This document shows, piece after piece, positions 23,356-36,670 of a stretch of 64,000 nt of DNA (positions within the stretch are counted from its first letter, which is position 1; each line of letters begins with the position of its first letter). The stretch spans positions 124,994,001 to 125,058,000 of the forward strand of contig NC_086097.1 in assembly GCF_963921235.1 (NCBI RefSeq). The letters run 5' to 3'. Below the pieces are notes generated by a model. The model was not told the DNA's origin and made no database searches. It worked only from the letters and a program-made list of their open reading frames with translations. The position numbers were made by a program, and so were the translations under genes. This DNA is from Mobula hypostoma. Taxonomy: Eukaryota.

Positions 23356-25104
23356 AAAGGGATCATTTTGTTGTGGTTTTTGTTCCTGGTTACACTAGTT
23401 TGCAACTGGTAATACCACATTCAAGGATCAGTTGTTTTTTTCCCAAAAGCAGCAGAATAATACCTCCTTAGATCAAGGATCAAGGGTCGACTTTATTTGC
23501 CATATACATTTACTGCATATCTTTTAGGAAGCTGGCATGACATGCAACTAAGAACTGTATTTAGCAATTATAAAGACTTTAAAAATTATGTAAAAAAATA
23601 AAGTTAGGGGAATATGGATGGATATGGAATAAAATGTGCATAAATACATAAATATCAGCATAAATTTACAATGTAAACATCATTATAAAATGTGGTTTAA
23701 AGTGTTTACAGTACAGTGACTGATGTAATAGATAGAGGGGGTGAGGGGCTATCTAGAATGGTTGATCAGATTTACTGCCTGGGGGAAGAAACTTTTAAGA
23801 TGGTATGAAGTTTTTGTTTTAAAAGCCCTATGGTGCTTTCCAGAAGGAAGCTTTGTAAAGGTAATTTTGCAGGATAGGTTAGTGTTCGCAATAATTCTTC
23901 CTGTCCATTTCTCCGTCCTAGACACGTACATTTCTTGCAGTGATGGCAGACTGCAGTCAGTGACCTGTTCTGTTGATCTGACAGTTTGTGTGAAGTTTTT
24001 GTTTTAATAGCCCTATAGCGCTTTCCAGAAGGGAGTGTTTGGAAAAGGCAGTTTGTGGAGTGGGTTGTAATTTTAATCGAATTGTAATTGATTCAAGTGG
24101 AGAACCCTTCATTGTCTCCAGGAGTTTGAGGACAGCTAGAATCAAGTATACTTTCAAATATAATAATGATTCAGTCCCACTGTAAAGCTATATTGTGTAT
24201 TTCAGATCATGTTGCACTTACAGGGATGGGTTGAGAACACCCAGTTGGGCTAAGGTCCAGGTATAATCAAAACTTCCATTTGATTAATAACATCTGCAAA
24301 CATTGCCAATTTCTCTCTGCTATGATAAGGTGTATTCATAAGACCTATCCCTCTCAGAGAAATGGTATCCTTGTTGCATTGGTAGTTATTTATAACAAGC
24401 ATGAGAACTGCTATTAATGTTCAGGAACTGTTATTATCCTTCAACCATCAGGCTCCTGAATCAATGTGGATAACTTCATTCACCTTAACACACTGTACAC
24501 AACCCATGAACTCACTTTCCCAAAGACTCCACAACTCATTTTCTCAGTATTTATTAATTCATTATCCAATCAGATATTTATTTATCAATTTATGTATTTA
24601 TTTTGTATTTGCACAATTTGTCTTCTTTTGGACATTAGTTGTTTGTCAGTCTTTGTGTGTAGTTTTTCATTGATTCTATTGTGCTTCTTTGTTCCACTGT
24701 GAATGCCTGCAAGAAAATAAATCTAAAGGTAGTATATAGTGACATATATGTACGTACTTTGAAAATAAATTTACTTTGAAATTTGAAGTTTGAACTTTAA
24801 TATCATTTTGTCATTAGCATTTCAAATTCATCAACTATAGCTCTGCTTGTGAGCCCCTTGAGGTAGCAGACTGAGAATAAGCCTTCAGAATTTTTTAAAA
24901 TTATGTTTCATTTGCTCTAGAGTTTTACTCAATCACCAGTGGGTAGACTGAACATCTACTGTCTATTAATATGGGAGAAACTATTCTCCACACCACCTTG
25001 CAATTTCAATGGTGGAAAAATTCTCTCTTATATAGGCAGCAGTACTTTCACTAGCCCTCTCAGCTTACTGAAAACCATCTGACAATATTAATGACACCAG
25101 GAGA

Positions 25105-25450
25105 TCTTGCCTTTTGCGGCAGTCGGAGCGAAGATGTTCCACAAAGTGGTCCCCCAATCTGTGTTGGGTCTTCCTGACGTAGAGGAAGCTGCACTGGGAG
25201 CACTGGATACAATCAATTCTTTGAAAAAAGAGGACATCTTAGTGGGACCGATGTGGATTGGGGAACAGCTTCACTCTGTTCGCTGCATAAGGCAAGATCT
25301 CCCACTGGCTACTTACTTCAATTCGACTTCCTATTCCCATTCTAACGTGAATGACGTATTGAGGCCACTCCCAGGTTGGAGGAGCAACACCTCATATTCC
25401 ATCTGGACAGCCTCCAACCTGATGGCATGAATATCTAATTTCCAACTTCT
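25105..25450. mobile_element. Old PLE fragment with an internal strand switch (minus, then plus)
   Basis: About 25105-25240 matches the minus-arm GIY-YIG region. About 25250-25450 encodes QDLPLATYFNSTSYSHS and contains cagcctccaacctgatggcatgaa on the plus strand. Confidence 0.7.
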
Positions 25451-28100
25451 TTACAGAGAATGGTGCGAGAAGCAAAATACATCCAGTCAGTGGCAGCTCT
25501 GTGGGTGAAAATGCCTTGTTAATGAGAGAGATCAGAGGAGAATGGCCAGACTGGTTCAATCTAACAGGAAGGTAACAGTAATTCAAATAACCATGTGCTA
25601 CAACAGTGGTGTGCAGATGAGCATCTCAGAATGCACAACACGTTGAACTTTGAAGTTGATGGGCTACAGCAGCAGAAGACCATAAACGTACGGTCAGTGG
25701 CCACTTTATGAGATACAGAACGTACATCATAAAGTGGCCTCTGAGTGTATAATACATCCTCAAGGAGATAACCAGCGTCCATCCTTGCGTCTTCCCAAGC
25801 CAGTGACACTTTCTTTGCTTGATAAGAGATTTAATGTTTGCCTTCTCTGCTTTTGAGATGAATATTGTGTTGGAAAGTGTTTGTTGCCATGGGCTGCAAA
25901 GATTCCATCATGAAATACTGAGATTACACCATGAAGATTGCAGGTGAGGTTGTTGATTCCCGATTTTATCTCGTAGTTAGAAGGCCAATAGGATCCTGGG
26001 ATGTCAGTGAGAGGAAAATAAAAGCCTTCGTCACTGATAAATATTGATAAACACCTCTGCTGAGTCGTGGCTCAGATTTAGTTTTTTTAAATGAATTGTT
26101 TTTTAGGTTCGTTAGGATGTTTTGGGGATGGAGAAGGAAGTGAGGAATCAGGTTAGGGTTTAGGAACAGAGATGTGGGCGAATTAGAGATCAGGCTGGAG
26201 TCTAAGTCTCTACTCCATATTTGAAGACCAGCAAAGTGGATATGGGATATCCATGGATGGATGCCAAATGTCGAACCAGCAGAGCACGGGTGAGGGATGC
26301 CCCTCTTGCCCAAGGTCAACATGTAGGCAGGAGGAGTTCCAACGACCTGCTGGGTTCGCAAATCGGTCAGTCTGAAGCTTGAAGCCTAGTGTTTGCGGTT
26401 CCATCATCGGAGAGTTTGTAGTTCAGTGATCAATGTGTTCTGAGATCAATGCCAAGGATCGAAGCCCAAAGGCTGAATTGGGAATCCAGAAGTCGAGACC
26501 CATTGGCTGGAGTCGAGTCCGCGAATCTCTGTGAGTCCTCTGGGGAGCTTGAAACCTGGTGTCTGCTGGCTTGAGTCCATATCCTCTGGAGGCTGGAGGT
26601 CCGTCCTGGGATTAAGGGACTGTGTATTTGTGTGGGTGAGAGGAAGGAATAGGGCTTGTTTTTGTTGCGGTGTTGTTGCTTGTTGTGTTGTGTCCGATGT
26701 TGTTTTCCTGAGAATTGTGGACCTGATATGTTGGTGCCAGAATGCGTGGCGACGTTTGCGGGCTGCCCCCAGCACACCCTCGGGTGCGTTGGTTGTTGAC
26801 ACAAACAATGCATTTCACTGTTCTGATGCACATGCAATAAATAAACTTGGATCTTGAACTTTGAAAGTGTAATTGATAACAGAAGTGCGGGTTGACAATG
26901 TCTTGTTAAACAGTGGTCCCTCCTTATGAGACGTCAGTTCTGAGAGATGACAAGAGAGATCAGCTTTATTTGCCAGTTGTACATCGAAACATTCAGTGAG
27001 ATGCGTCATACGAGTCAAGTCATATCAGCGAGGATTTGCTGAGGGCAGCCCTCAAATGTCACCATGCTTCTGGTGCCAACACAGCCTGCCCACAACTCAT
27101 ACCCTAACTGTACAACTTCTGAATGTGGGGGGAAACTGCAGCAACCGGAGGAAACTCATGCAGCCACGGAGACAACGCACAAGCTCCTTACAGGTCACGG
27201 CAGGAACTGAACCCTGATCGGTGATCGTTGGTGCTGTAAAGCGACGGTGTGAACCATTGTGCTACGGTGCCATCACTGGATGTAACGCTGTGGATTCCAG
27301 CTTCAGAAGTTAAGCACACTCTCAGTTTGGAACCCTTGTGGCAGATCTTGTCTTTCTATATTCAGTCTTCTTATTAAGTCACCTACAGATCTGATTTAGA
27401 TTTATTTATCACATGTAAATCGAAACACACGGTGAAGTGTGATGTTTGCGCTTACAACAAGCACACCTGAAGGTGTGCTGGGGACAGCCCGCAAGTGTCA
27501 CCACACATTACACTGTCAACGTAGCATGCCCACAATGCTCGGCAGAACAACACAACACAGCAAAAAACACACATCCAGTGACAAAGCAACAACAGCAAAA
27601 CCAGCCCCGTTCCTCCCTCCTCCCACCCACCTATGTACACACACCACACTCTAATCCCAGGATAGGCCATCATCTTCAATTTCTAGCCTCCAGTGCACAG
27701 GTGGATTTGCAGACATTGGGCCTTCAACTTCCCCAGCGGATTTGCAGAGATTTGCAGACTTGGTCTCTGGCCATTGCGACACGATTGCTGGACTTCAGGT
27801 TTTGATCTGGACTTCTGATCGACCTTTGTGCTTTGATCTTTGGTATTGACCCAATATTCTCCAATGACAATGAATGAGGACCCGAAATCCAAGCCTCCAC
27901 CTCTGGACTTACCAATAACTGCACACTGAACACAAGGCCTCGAACCCCAGTCTTGCCATTCACATACCTAGGAGGTCACTGGCCCTCGTTCCTCCTGCTT
28001 TCTTGGAATTTCAATCCCAGAAGGCGCCAACAACTCCAGCTCCCATCTTTGCTGATCTGCGGGCCTAACATCTGATCACATCCACGTCTCTGACCTTCAA

Positions 28101-28315
28101 GCACACAAAATGCTGTAGGAACTTAGCAGGTCAGGCAGAATTATGGAGAGGAATAAAGAACTGACGTGTCAGACCGAGACCATTCATCCTGAAATGTCCA
28201 TTCTTTTGGGTTCCTTCTTCTCCATGGATGCTGCCTGACCTGCTGAGTTCCTCCAGCATTTTGTGTGTTGCTCTGGATTTCTGGTACCTGCGGAATCTCT
28301 TGTGTTTACGATTTG
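28101..28315. mobile_element. Short PLE-derived fold-back element (two inverted 3' ends) with TSD
   Basis: Arm cacacaaaatgctgtaggaacttagcaggtcaggcag pairs with ctgcctgacctgctgagttcctccagcattttgtgtg. TSD ctgaccttcaa at 28090-28100 and 28316-28326. Confidence 0.8.
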
Positions 28316-28684
28316 CTGACCTTCAAACACAGAGTGGAAGCTTAGACTCTAGTCTGTCCTTTATTTCCCTCACGTCTCTATCCTAACCTGACTCACCAAA
28401 ATTTGAAAATGGTGCATCTGTCACCTCACTTTGGAATGATGCCAACAAAAACAGTTGAAGGGTTCCATCTATGATAATTGCTAAAGTAATTAGAAATGGC
28501 TGAGACATTAATTATAATGCAATCACATAAAGAGATACTAAAGGACATAACCTGAATTGTATTAATGTTCTTGCTGGAGTCTCCTGGGTGTGGTACAGAT
28601 AGCAGTCACCTGAGTCAGCTCTGTCTACAGCAGCTAGCGTTAGTAGTTCTCAGCCTGGCAGCCTCTACCAAGGCACCACAATTA

Positions 28685-29250
28685 AAATGCCGGAGGAACT
28701 CAGCAAGTCTGGCAGCATCTATGGAAGTGAATGAACAGTTGACATCTTGAGCTGAGTTCTTTCATCAGGTCTGAAGTGGAAGGGGAAAGACGCCAGAATA
28801 AAAAGGTGGGAGGAGGGGAAGGAAGGTGATAGGTGAAGCCAAGTGTGTGCGAAAGGTAAAGGGCTGAAGAAGAAGGAATCTGATAGGAGAGGAGAGTGGA
28901 CCATAGGAGAGAGGGAAAGAGGAGGACACCCAGAGGGAGGTGACAGGCAGGTGAGAAGAGGTAAAAAGCCAGAGTGGAGAATAGAAGAGCGGAGGGGGAG
29001 GGATAAAATGTTGCTGGAAGGAGAAATCGACACTCATGCCATCAGGTTGGAGGCTGCCCAGATGGAATGTAAGGTGGTGCTCCTGAGGGTGGCTTCATCT
29101 TGGTACAAAAGGGGTGGGAGGCCATGGACCAACATGTCAGAACGGGAATGGGAATTGGAATTAAAATGTTTGGCCACTGGCAAGCTCCACTTTTGGCAGA
29201 GGTGCTTGACGAAGCCATCCCCCAATTTACAACAGGTCTCACCAATGTTT
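28685..29250 (-). mobile_element. PLE 3' fragment (end of GIY-YIG plus 3' region with a degenerate hammerhead)
   Basis: Translates to NIGETCCKLGDGFVKHL...VAKHFNSNSHSRSDM. CTGATGA is present but the GAAA box has decayed. Confidence 0.8.
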
Positions 29251-29800
29251 AAAAAAGTGTCTTTAGTAGGCCATTTGAGCTCAGGGCTAACAATGTTGGA
29301 AAAAATAATAGTAACCATGGTAATTAATAATACTACTTTAGGTACCACTTACCAAGTATTGTGGGTCACATGTTTCTCTCTGCTTCACTAAGAATTGATG
29401 TACTATGATCTGCAAATAAATTAAACTGGAAATCCATGTGTTCTTTTTCCTCATCCTCATTGCCTACAATTGTTTCACTGGAAAGTTGACTGGTTTTGGA
29501 GTGCTAGGCCTGATGTTCAGGATCTTCGGGGTTGATGGTGAGCATTGAGATCCAGGGGTCGAATCAGAAGTCCAAAGTGGAAGCCCATTGTCTGGAGTCC
29601 TGGTTCTGTGAATCTCCGTGTGTCCTCTGGGGAGGTCGAAGGCTTGAGACTTCCGGTAGCGCTCATGGAGTGAAGTCGCGTTCTTGACTCGCTCCATTAC
29701 CTCTGAGTTTTTTCTCTCTATGGTCAGCTATACTTTAATTAACTATTAAGGCATCAATTTTTACAATACTTTGAATTAAACTGAATTCTCTGACAATTGG

Positions 29801-30700
29801 ATGGAACTTAGATCTGCTATGTCTAAGAACGGGAAAGACGGCAAGGATGGTAAACCTCCGGTTAAACCGAAAGCTACGGATCTCCCTCCGACTGAATCAC
29901 CGGTGACTTTGGAAGCTATATCGGAGTTAATTCAGAGGGAAATTTCAACCTCTGTTAGGGAGATGATTCGTACAGAAATTATGGGCTTTGTTAAAGACCT
30001 GATTCATACGGAAATCTCAACTAAGTTCCAGAAAATTGCCGATTTAATTGATAAGATGCAAACATGTATTGCGGAACATCAGTCGGCTATATCTGGTCTT
30101 CAAAAATCCGCGCAACAAAGTGAGCTTAAGATGGGGAAAGTCAAAGAAACAATTAATGTAATGAAGAAGAAACTTGACTTTTTGACTTTTAAAAACTCTG
30201 ACTTGGAATCTAGAATGCGACGGCAGAATTTACGAATGATTGGCGTCAGGGAAGCCGTGGAAGCTAACAACCCTATGAAATATTTCTCCCAACTTTTAAA
30301 AGATGCATTCCCTACTGTATTTCCTGACCAACCACCGCTACTGGATCGTGTTCACAGAATCCCATCATACTCGTCTAGGTCAGATAGACCTAGGCATGTT
30401 ATCTTACGTTTTCATTACTTTCAAGATAAGGAGAGACTGTTTCGATTCGCTCGATCTAAAGGTTTCATTGATTTTTCGGATCTTAAGTTCCGATTCGTGG
30501 AAGATTTCAGTAAACCAATCTGGGACCAACGGGTCCGTTACAGATCCGTGATGTCGGAATTCTATAAGATGGATTTAAGACCAGCGCTGCTGTACCCTGC
30601 ACGTCTAAGGATTCGCATGTTAGATGGAGCTCTTCGTTTTTTTGATTCTCCATCGGATGCCCAGAGCTATCTGGATCAACTTTCATCTTCAACATCTTAA
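29801..30700 (+). CDS. L1 ORF1p, 299 aa, intact
   Basis: Coiled coil followed by DLESRMRRQNLRMIGVRE, LDRVHRI, RPRHVILRFHYFQDKE and LLYPARLRI. Confidence 0.93.
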   Translation: MELRSAMSKNGKDGKDGKPPVKPKATDLPPTESPVTLEAISELIQREISTSVREMIRTEIMGFVKDLIHTEISTKFQKIADLIDKMQTCIAEHQSAISGLQKSAQQSELKMGKVKETINVMKKKLDFLTFKNSDLESRMRRQNLRMIGVREAVEANNPMKYFSQLLKDAFPTVFPDQPPLLDRVHRIPSYSSRSDRPRHVILRFHYFQDKERLFRFARSKGFIDFSDLKFRFVEDFSKPIWDQRVRYRSVMSEFYKMDLRPALLYPARLRIRMLDGALRFFDSPSDAQSYLDQLSSSTS

Positions 30701-31420
30701 TTGCCTTTTTTTAATTTTCTCCGTTGATCGGAGGCTGTGAATTGGTTGGTTTTAACTTTTCTGTGCCCTATTTGGGCAGAAAAGTTTACTTTCGATTTCT
30801 TAATATGGCTGCTAAACTTTCTTTTTAACTGCGTCATTTCTTTCTTTTCCCAGGGGATTCTGGGTGGTTACTTCCCTTTTGTCATCTTACGTATTTCCTG
30901 TGCGGCCTTAAATTTTGTAGTTTTTTTTAAATTTTATTCTGTTTTGCTTTTTATAATCATTTTATGTTAATAATCCTATTTTTTTTGTTGCTGTGTCTAT
31001 TCATGAGTTTGAGGTTTATTGTGGTTTTTTTTAATATATACTTTCCGGCTTTTGTTCTGTTCTGTGTGTATTTTAATTGAGTTAACTTTTTTTTACTTAT
31101 TTTTTTTACTGTTTTACAATTAGCTGATCCTTTTCATATTTATACCTTTTTTTTAGGGAGCGTATACCGGAAGTCATGGGGGTAGTTTTAGCGCTTGCTT
31201 CTTTCTGGCGGGTCTGCTTTAGATTTCGCCTTGGGGTCCTGGGGTGGGGGGCGGTGGGAGGGGCTTCACGTTTTAGTTTGTTTCTCTTTGGGCTATATAC
31301 ATTATTGAAGTATTGGTTACGTCCTTTTCCCCGGTATCTTTTGTATGTTCTGTTTCCTCTCCGGGTCTGTGGGTCGCGCCTATTGTCAATCCTCTTTGTT
31401 ATGGGTTGACTTTAGGATTT

Positions 31421-34400
31421 ATGGAGTCTATTATTAATTTTGTCTCCTGGAATACTAATGGTCTTAATCATCCTATTAAAAGGAAAAAAGTTTTTAAAGT
31501 GTTCCGGAGACTTAAAGCACAAATTTTATTTTTACAAGAGACCCATGTACGGAGGGGGGACAGACTACGTTTTTTCAAATTTTGGAAGGGACAACAATTT
31601 CATTCGAACTCCAATGCTAAGATTCGAGGCGTCTCTATCTTTATAGACTCCTCAGTTACTTTTATACAACAGGATATTATCTCTGATCCGAATGGTAGAT
31701 TTTTATTGGTTAGTGGTTTATTATTTAATAAAAAAGTAGTTTTGGTTAATGTTTATGCTCCTAATATGGATTGTCCGGAATTTTATAAATCATTGTTTGA
31801 TCAGTTTCCGAATTTGAACGAGTTTTCATTGATTTGGGGCGGAGATCTTAATACCTGTTTATCTCCAGCTTTGGACCGTTCGGCTCCTTTACGGACTTTA
31901 CCTAATAAATCTGCAAATTTGATTAATTTTTTCCTTTCTGATTCTGGGTCGACGGACATTTGGCGTTTTCTGCATCCTCAGGAAAAAGATTTTTCCTTCT
32001 TTTCACATGTTCATCATTCCTATTCAAGAATTGATTATTTTTTCATTGATTCTCGTCTCATTTCTTCAGTGATTAAATGTGATTATGATTCTATAACCAT
32101 TTCGGATCATGCTCCACTTAAGCTTTCTATTAAAATTATGGCCAATATACCAAACAATAGACAATGGCGTTTTAATTCGCTGTTGCTTCAGGACTCGGAC
32201 TTTGTTAATTTTATGAATGAACAGATTGAGCTTTTTTTTACAATTAACCATACAGAAGATATTTCGGTTAACACTCTTTGGGACACTTTTAAAGCCTATA
32301 TTCGGGGTCAGATTATTTCGTATTCCGTTGCTTTGAGGAAGAAACAGAAGCAGGAGGAGATGGTAATTGTGGACAAGATTAAAGAAATTGATAAGAAATA
32401 TGTTATGGCTCCTTCTGAGGAGCTATACAAACAAAGAACTGAACTTCAAATGGAACACAGTTTACTACTCTCGTCCTCGATTGTAAACCAATTAAAGAAA
32501 ACAAGAAGTGATTTTTATGTTCACAGTGATAAAATTGGCAAGCTGCTGGCTAATCAATTGAAATCTAATTATGTTAAATCTCAAATCAATCAGATTTATA
32601 ACCAAAATGATCGATTGATATTGGATCATGTGGGGATTAATCAAACCTTTTGTGATTTTTATTCTTCTTTATACCAATCAGAGTCTCCTCGAGATTCTAA
32701 ATATATGAATGATTTTTTAGATAAGTTAGACTTCCCTCTGATTTCACAGGATATGTCTTCTTTATTAGATACTTCCATTACAATGGATGAGATTAAGAAT
32801 GTTATTTTTTCTATGAATCTGGGGAAAGCTCCTGGCCCTGATGGGTTTACCGTTGAATTTTATAAATGTTTTGCTTCTTTATTGATTCCTTGGCTCTATA
32901 AGGTTTTTGAGGCTTCTTTGAAACTTGGTAAACTTCCGGAATCTTTTAATAGAGCATCAATTTCTTTAATACTAAAGAAGGATAAAGACCCTGCTCAATG
33001 TGCATCTTATAGACCAATATCTTTATTAAATGTTGATTCTAAAGTTTTTTCTAAGTTATTAGCAAATAGACTAGAAAAAGTACTTCCTTCTATTATTTCG
33101 GAAGACCAAACGGGTTTTATTAAAGGTCGTTACTCTTTTTATAATATTCGTACATTGTTAAATATCGTTTATACTCCCTCACAAAATGTTCCTGAGTGTG
33201 TTATTTCTTTAGATGCCGAGAAAGCTTTTGATAGAGTAGAATGGCCTTATTTATTTAAGGTGCTTGAAATGTTTAATTTTAGCTTGAAATTTATATCCTG
33301 GATTAAACTGTTATATTACTCCCCTGTAGCCTCGGTTCGTACTAACTCCTTAAACTCACCTTTTTTTCCTCTCTTTCGTGGTACTCGACAAGGCTGTCCT
33401 CTTAGTCCCCTATTATTTGATATTGCATTAGAACCTCTTGCAATTGCTATTCGAGAATCTTTAAATATTACTGGGATAACTCGGGGATTAAAGTCCCATA
33501 AATTATCACTCTATGCTGATGATTTACTTTTATATATTTCTAATCCTGAGAGATCCATTCCTGCTGTTTTAGAGTTATTAGCACAATTTGGTCTTTTCTC
33601 AGGTTATAAATTAAATCTTAGTAAGAGTGAACTTTTTCCGATTAATAAACATCTTCCCTTATATTATAAATTTCCATTTAAATTGATTAATAATTACTTT
33701 TCATATCTTGGGATTAAAATTACTTGTAAACATAAAGATTTATTTAAGACTAACTTTTTACCATTAATAGACCATATTACTCAACTTTCATCTAAATGGT
33801 TTCCCTTATATTTAACTTTGATTGGTCGTATTAATGCAGTTAAGATGTTTTTTTTGCCAAAATTTTTATATGTGTTTCAGGCATTACCAATTTTCGTTCC
33901 TAAATCTTTTTTTGATAAAGTTGACTCTAAAATTTCTTCATTTATTTGGCAGAACAAGAATCCGAGACTGGGTAAAATACATTTACAGAAAGCTAAGAGA
34001 GATGGAGGTTTAGCATTACCTAACTTTAGATTTTATTATTGGGCTATTAATATTCGACATATGAAATTTTGGTTACTTGATCGGGACATACTATTTATTC
34101 CTAAATGGGTAGCATTGGAATTACAATCTGTTCAGGGTTATACACTTGGTTCTATTTTAGGTTCCTCTCTTCCTTTTGATTCGAAACGTCTTAAGCAGGT
34201 CTCTAACCCGATAGTTAAATATGCTTTGCGCATTTGGTTTCAATTCAGAAAATTTTTTGATCTTAATCAATTCGGGTTAGCGATTCCTATTTTAGGTAAC
34301 ATATTTTTTCCTCCCTCTTTTACGGATCGCGCTTTTCAAACTTGGAAGACTAAGGGTATTTTACGGTTTTTGGATTTATTTTTAGATGGTTCCCTTATGT

Positions 34401-35198
34401 CTTTTGAACAATTATCTAACAAATATAACTTATCAAGAATACATTTTTTTAGATATTTACAAGTTAGAAATTTCCTAAGTACTATACTTACTTCCTTTCC
34501 AATGCTTCCTCCTATATATATTTTAGATTCGATAATTAACCTTAATCCATGTCAGAAAGGTGCATCGGCTATGATTTATAATATTATTATGAAACTTAGG
34601 AAAGCTCCATTTGATAAGATTAGGGTAGATTGGGAACAGGAATTGGGGCTTACCATTTCTGTGGATGATTGGGGGCAGATTTTACAATTAGTTAATACTT
34701 CCTCTATTTGTGCTAAACATTCCCTAATTCAATTTAAAGTGGTTCATAGAGCACATATGTCCAAAGATAAGTTAGCGCGTTTTTACTCGCATATTAATCC
34801 TTTCTGTGATAGATGTTCGGGGCAGATAGCCTCTTTAACTCATATGTTTTGGTCTTGCCCTACTTTGGAAACTTTTTGGAGAGATATTTTCAATATTATT
34901 TCTAAGGTATTAAATATAGATATCTCTCCTCACCCTATTACTGCTATCTTTGGACTACCTAAAATTTCTAGTAATCTTTCCCCTTCAGCCCGTAGAATGA
35001 TTGCATTTCTTACTTTAATGGCGAAAAGATGTATTTTACAACATTGGAAAGAGCTTAATGCTCCAACTACCTTTTTTTTGGTTTTCTCAGACGATTTTAT
35101 GTTTGAATCTGGAGAAAATTAGAAGTAACCTTTATGATTCTTCATTTAAATTTGAACAGATTTGGGGACCTTTTATTCGATATTTTCATTTAATGTAA
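31421..35198 (+). CDS. L1 ORF2p (EN-RT-Cys); open from ATG 31421 to a single +1 frameshift in the T8 run at 35072-35079; corrected stop at 35196-35198
   Basis: Motifs SWNTNGLN, FLQETH, GGDLN, SDH, SYRPISLLNVD, GTRQGCPLSPLLF, LYADD and CDRC..LTHMFWSC. Removing one T gives FWFSQTILCLNLEKIR...QIWGPFIRYF, which matches the other L1's C-terminal LEKI...IWRPY. Confidence 0.92.
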
Positions 35199-36670
35199 TA
35201 TTTACCCTTCTTGTTTTCTCTTCACTGTTTTAATGGAGGTCGGGATTGAGGACGTGATTTTAAGTTTAACTCTGTTTGGTTTCAAGTTAGCCCATTGCTT
35301 TGCTTTGCTTTTAGTTAGTTGCACGGTGGGTTTTTTTTTGGGGGTTTTTTTTTTTCTTTTTTTCCATTGATATATATAAAATCTAGTATACTATTATGTT
35401 ATCTTGGTTTCTTATGCTTAAATTACATTGTTTGTAGTATTTTCTTTTTGGTATTGTTATCTTTTGGAATTTTATTATACTTTAACATTGTATTAATGTT
35501 TATATGGCTTACCTTTTTTGTATACTTACTCAATAAAAAGATTTAAAGAGAGGGAGGTCGAAGGCTTAATGTCTGCATGCCCGAGCCAAATCTGAGTCTG
35601 GTGGATGAAGAAGGTGACCTGTCTTTAGGTTAGAGGACTGTGTATGTGAGTGGGTGGGTGGGAGGGAGGAACGGGACCTGTTTTGCTGTTGTTTTGTTGT
35701 TGGTTGTGTTACTGTTTTGGTGTGTTCTGTGTTGTTTTGCTGAGCATTGTGGGCAGGCTATCTTGGCACCGTAATGCGTGGTGACACTTGTGGCTGTGTT
35801 GGTTGCTCAAGCAAACAACGCATTTCACTATATGTTTCAATATACACGTGATAAGTAAACGTGAATCTTGATCATATAGAGAAATTGTGTTACAGTACTG
35901 TTTGCATCAGTGGAGACACAAAAGGCTGCAGATACTGCAATCTGGAGCAACGAGCAATCGCTGGAAGAACTGAACAGGCCGAGCAGCATCTCTGGGGGAA
36001 AGGACATTGTTGATGTTTTGTGTTGGAACCAACTGCATTGAGTTCTGAATGCAGGGCTTTGGCCTAAATTATCAAATATTTCTTAGATGTTGCTCAAAAT
36101 CTTGAGTTCCTTCATCAGATTACTTGCTGCTATCTGTATTGGATTTTTTTTTTGCCATAGTATTGGGCCTGACTGTGTAGTAGCCTTTGTATCTCTAGCT
36201 CTTGGTTTAAGATTTAACCAGGGACTTGAACATGTACTGTGTAGATGTATAGTGGAGAATATACTGACTGGTCACAGCCTGACATAGAAACATCAATGCC
36301 CTTGAAAGGAAAATCCCACAAAGTAGTGGATACAGTCCAGACCATCACAGTAAAGCCGTCCCCACCACTGAGTACAACTACATGGAGTGTTATCATAGGA
36401 AAGCTGCATCCATCATCAGGGACTCCCACCACCAGGCCATGCTCTCTTCTCACTTCTGCCATCAGGAAGACGGTACAGGGGCCTCAGGACTCACACCACC
36501 AAGTTCAGGAACAGTTATTACCCCTCAACCATCAGGCTTTTGAACCAAAGGGGATAACTTCACTCAACTTCACTTGCCCCATCACTGAATTGTTCCCACA
36601 ACACATGGACTCTCTATCAAGGACTCTGCATCTCACGTTCTCAATATTTATTGCTTATGTATTAACACCT

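Larger units (their letters stand above)
29646..35551 (+). mobile_element. Full-length, near-intact L1-clade LINE (T-rich sense strand)
   Basis: Perfect 16-bp TSD gggaggtcgaaggctt at 29630-29645 and 35552-35567. ORF1 is open and ORF2 is almost open. AATAAA at about 35532. Confidence 0.97.

Noticed and set aside
28725..28775. Further hammerheads at about 28.75 kb, 13.2 kb and 52.85 kb
   Set aside because: The core boxes or stems have decayed, so they are treated as remnants only.
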